A stretch of 63,941 nucleotides of DNA, filler included, from Candidatus Omnitrophota bacterium (lineage in GTDB: Bacteria > Omnitrophota > Gorgyraeia > Zapsychrales > Zapsychraceae), in NCBI GenBank assembly GCA_015233495.1. It is 4 parts of 4 records of this genome, joined end to end, with 100 filler letters (N's around TTAATTAATTAA, not from the genome) between each part and the next. Parts side by side here need not be neighbours in the genome. Positions count along the whole stretch, not along the records: positions 59,503 to 63,941 come from JADFXQ010000088.1; 3 more parts are not named here. One strand, written 5' to 3'. The notes below the pieces were generated by a model. It was not told where the DNA came from and did no database searches. It saw nothing but the letters and a program-made list of their open reading frames with translations. Position numbers and translations under genes: made by a program. This document shows, one piece after another, positions 63,886 to 63,941 of this stretch (position 1 is the first letter of the stretch; each line of letters opens with the position of its first letter).

Positions 63886-63941
63886 TTACTTCGCGTACTC
63901 CACCGCCCGGGTCTCGCGCATCACAATCACCTTTATTTGCC
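63886..63941 (-). CDS. rny: Ribonuclease Y, extreme C-terminus (partial)
   Basis: Minus frame QIKVIVMRETRAVEYAK* matches the characteristic RNase Y ending. Confidence 0.8.
   Translation of the reverse strand, partial: QIKVIVMRETRAVEYAK

Overview
Bacterial MAG window made of four contigs joined by artificial N-TTAATTAATTAA-N linkers (20163-20262, 39911-40010, 59403-59502), so adjacency across those gaps is not biological. Gene content and protein style suggest Candidatus Omnitrophota (PVC group); this is an inference. Most of the window is housekeeping: cvpA-dnaG-rpoD, tRNAs, zinc-ribbon protein-rnhA-rnpB, yebC-ruvC-ruvA-scpB, pheA-hisC-aroF-tyrA-cmk-lepA-lepB-pgsA-plsY, the 3' part of 23S plus 5S rRNA, trpB2, a GGDEF/EAL protein, an M16 peptidase, an orphan CpaF-type ATPase, tcdA, a PEPCK-like enzyme, an S8 protease, lnt, lpxL, hppA, GT-C-like membrane proteins, pheS-pheT, 6S RNA and a truncated rarA. 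The most striking unexplained structure is a set of 150-200 bp non-coding elements behind three tRNA genes (Val, Ser, Thr). Each has the layout tRNA / short antisense copy of its own tRNA 3' half / hairpin-rich core / duplicated tRNA 3' end. The Val and Thr copies share a 48-nt core (44/48 identical) and a co-varying hairpin. Other highlights: an unannotated 27-aa bL37-like ribosomal protein, a 1065-aa protein with an AT-rich swapped-looking middle, a MITE nested inside a REP, heptamer-repeat palindromes, rnhA reading into RNase P RNA, and a rarA/rny inversion or misassembly junction. No CRISPR array, prophage or integrase was seen.
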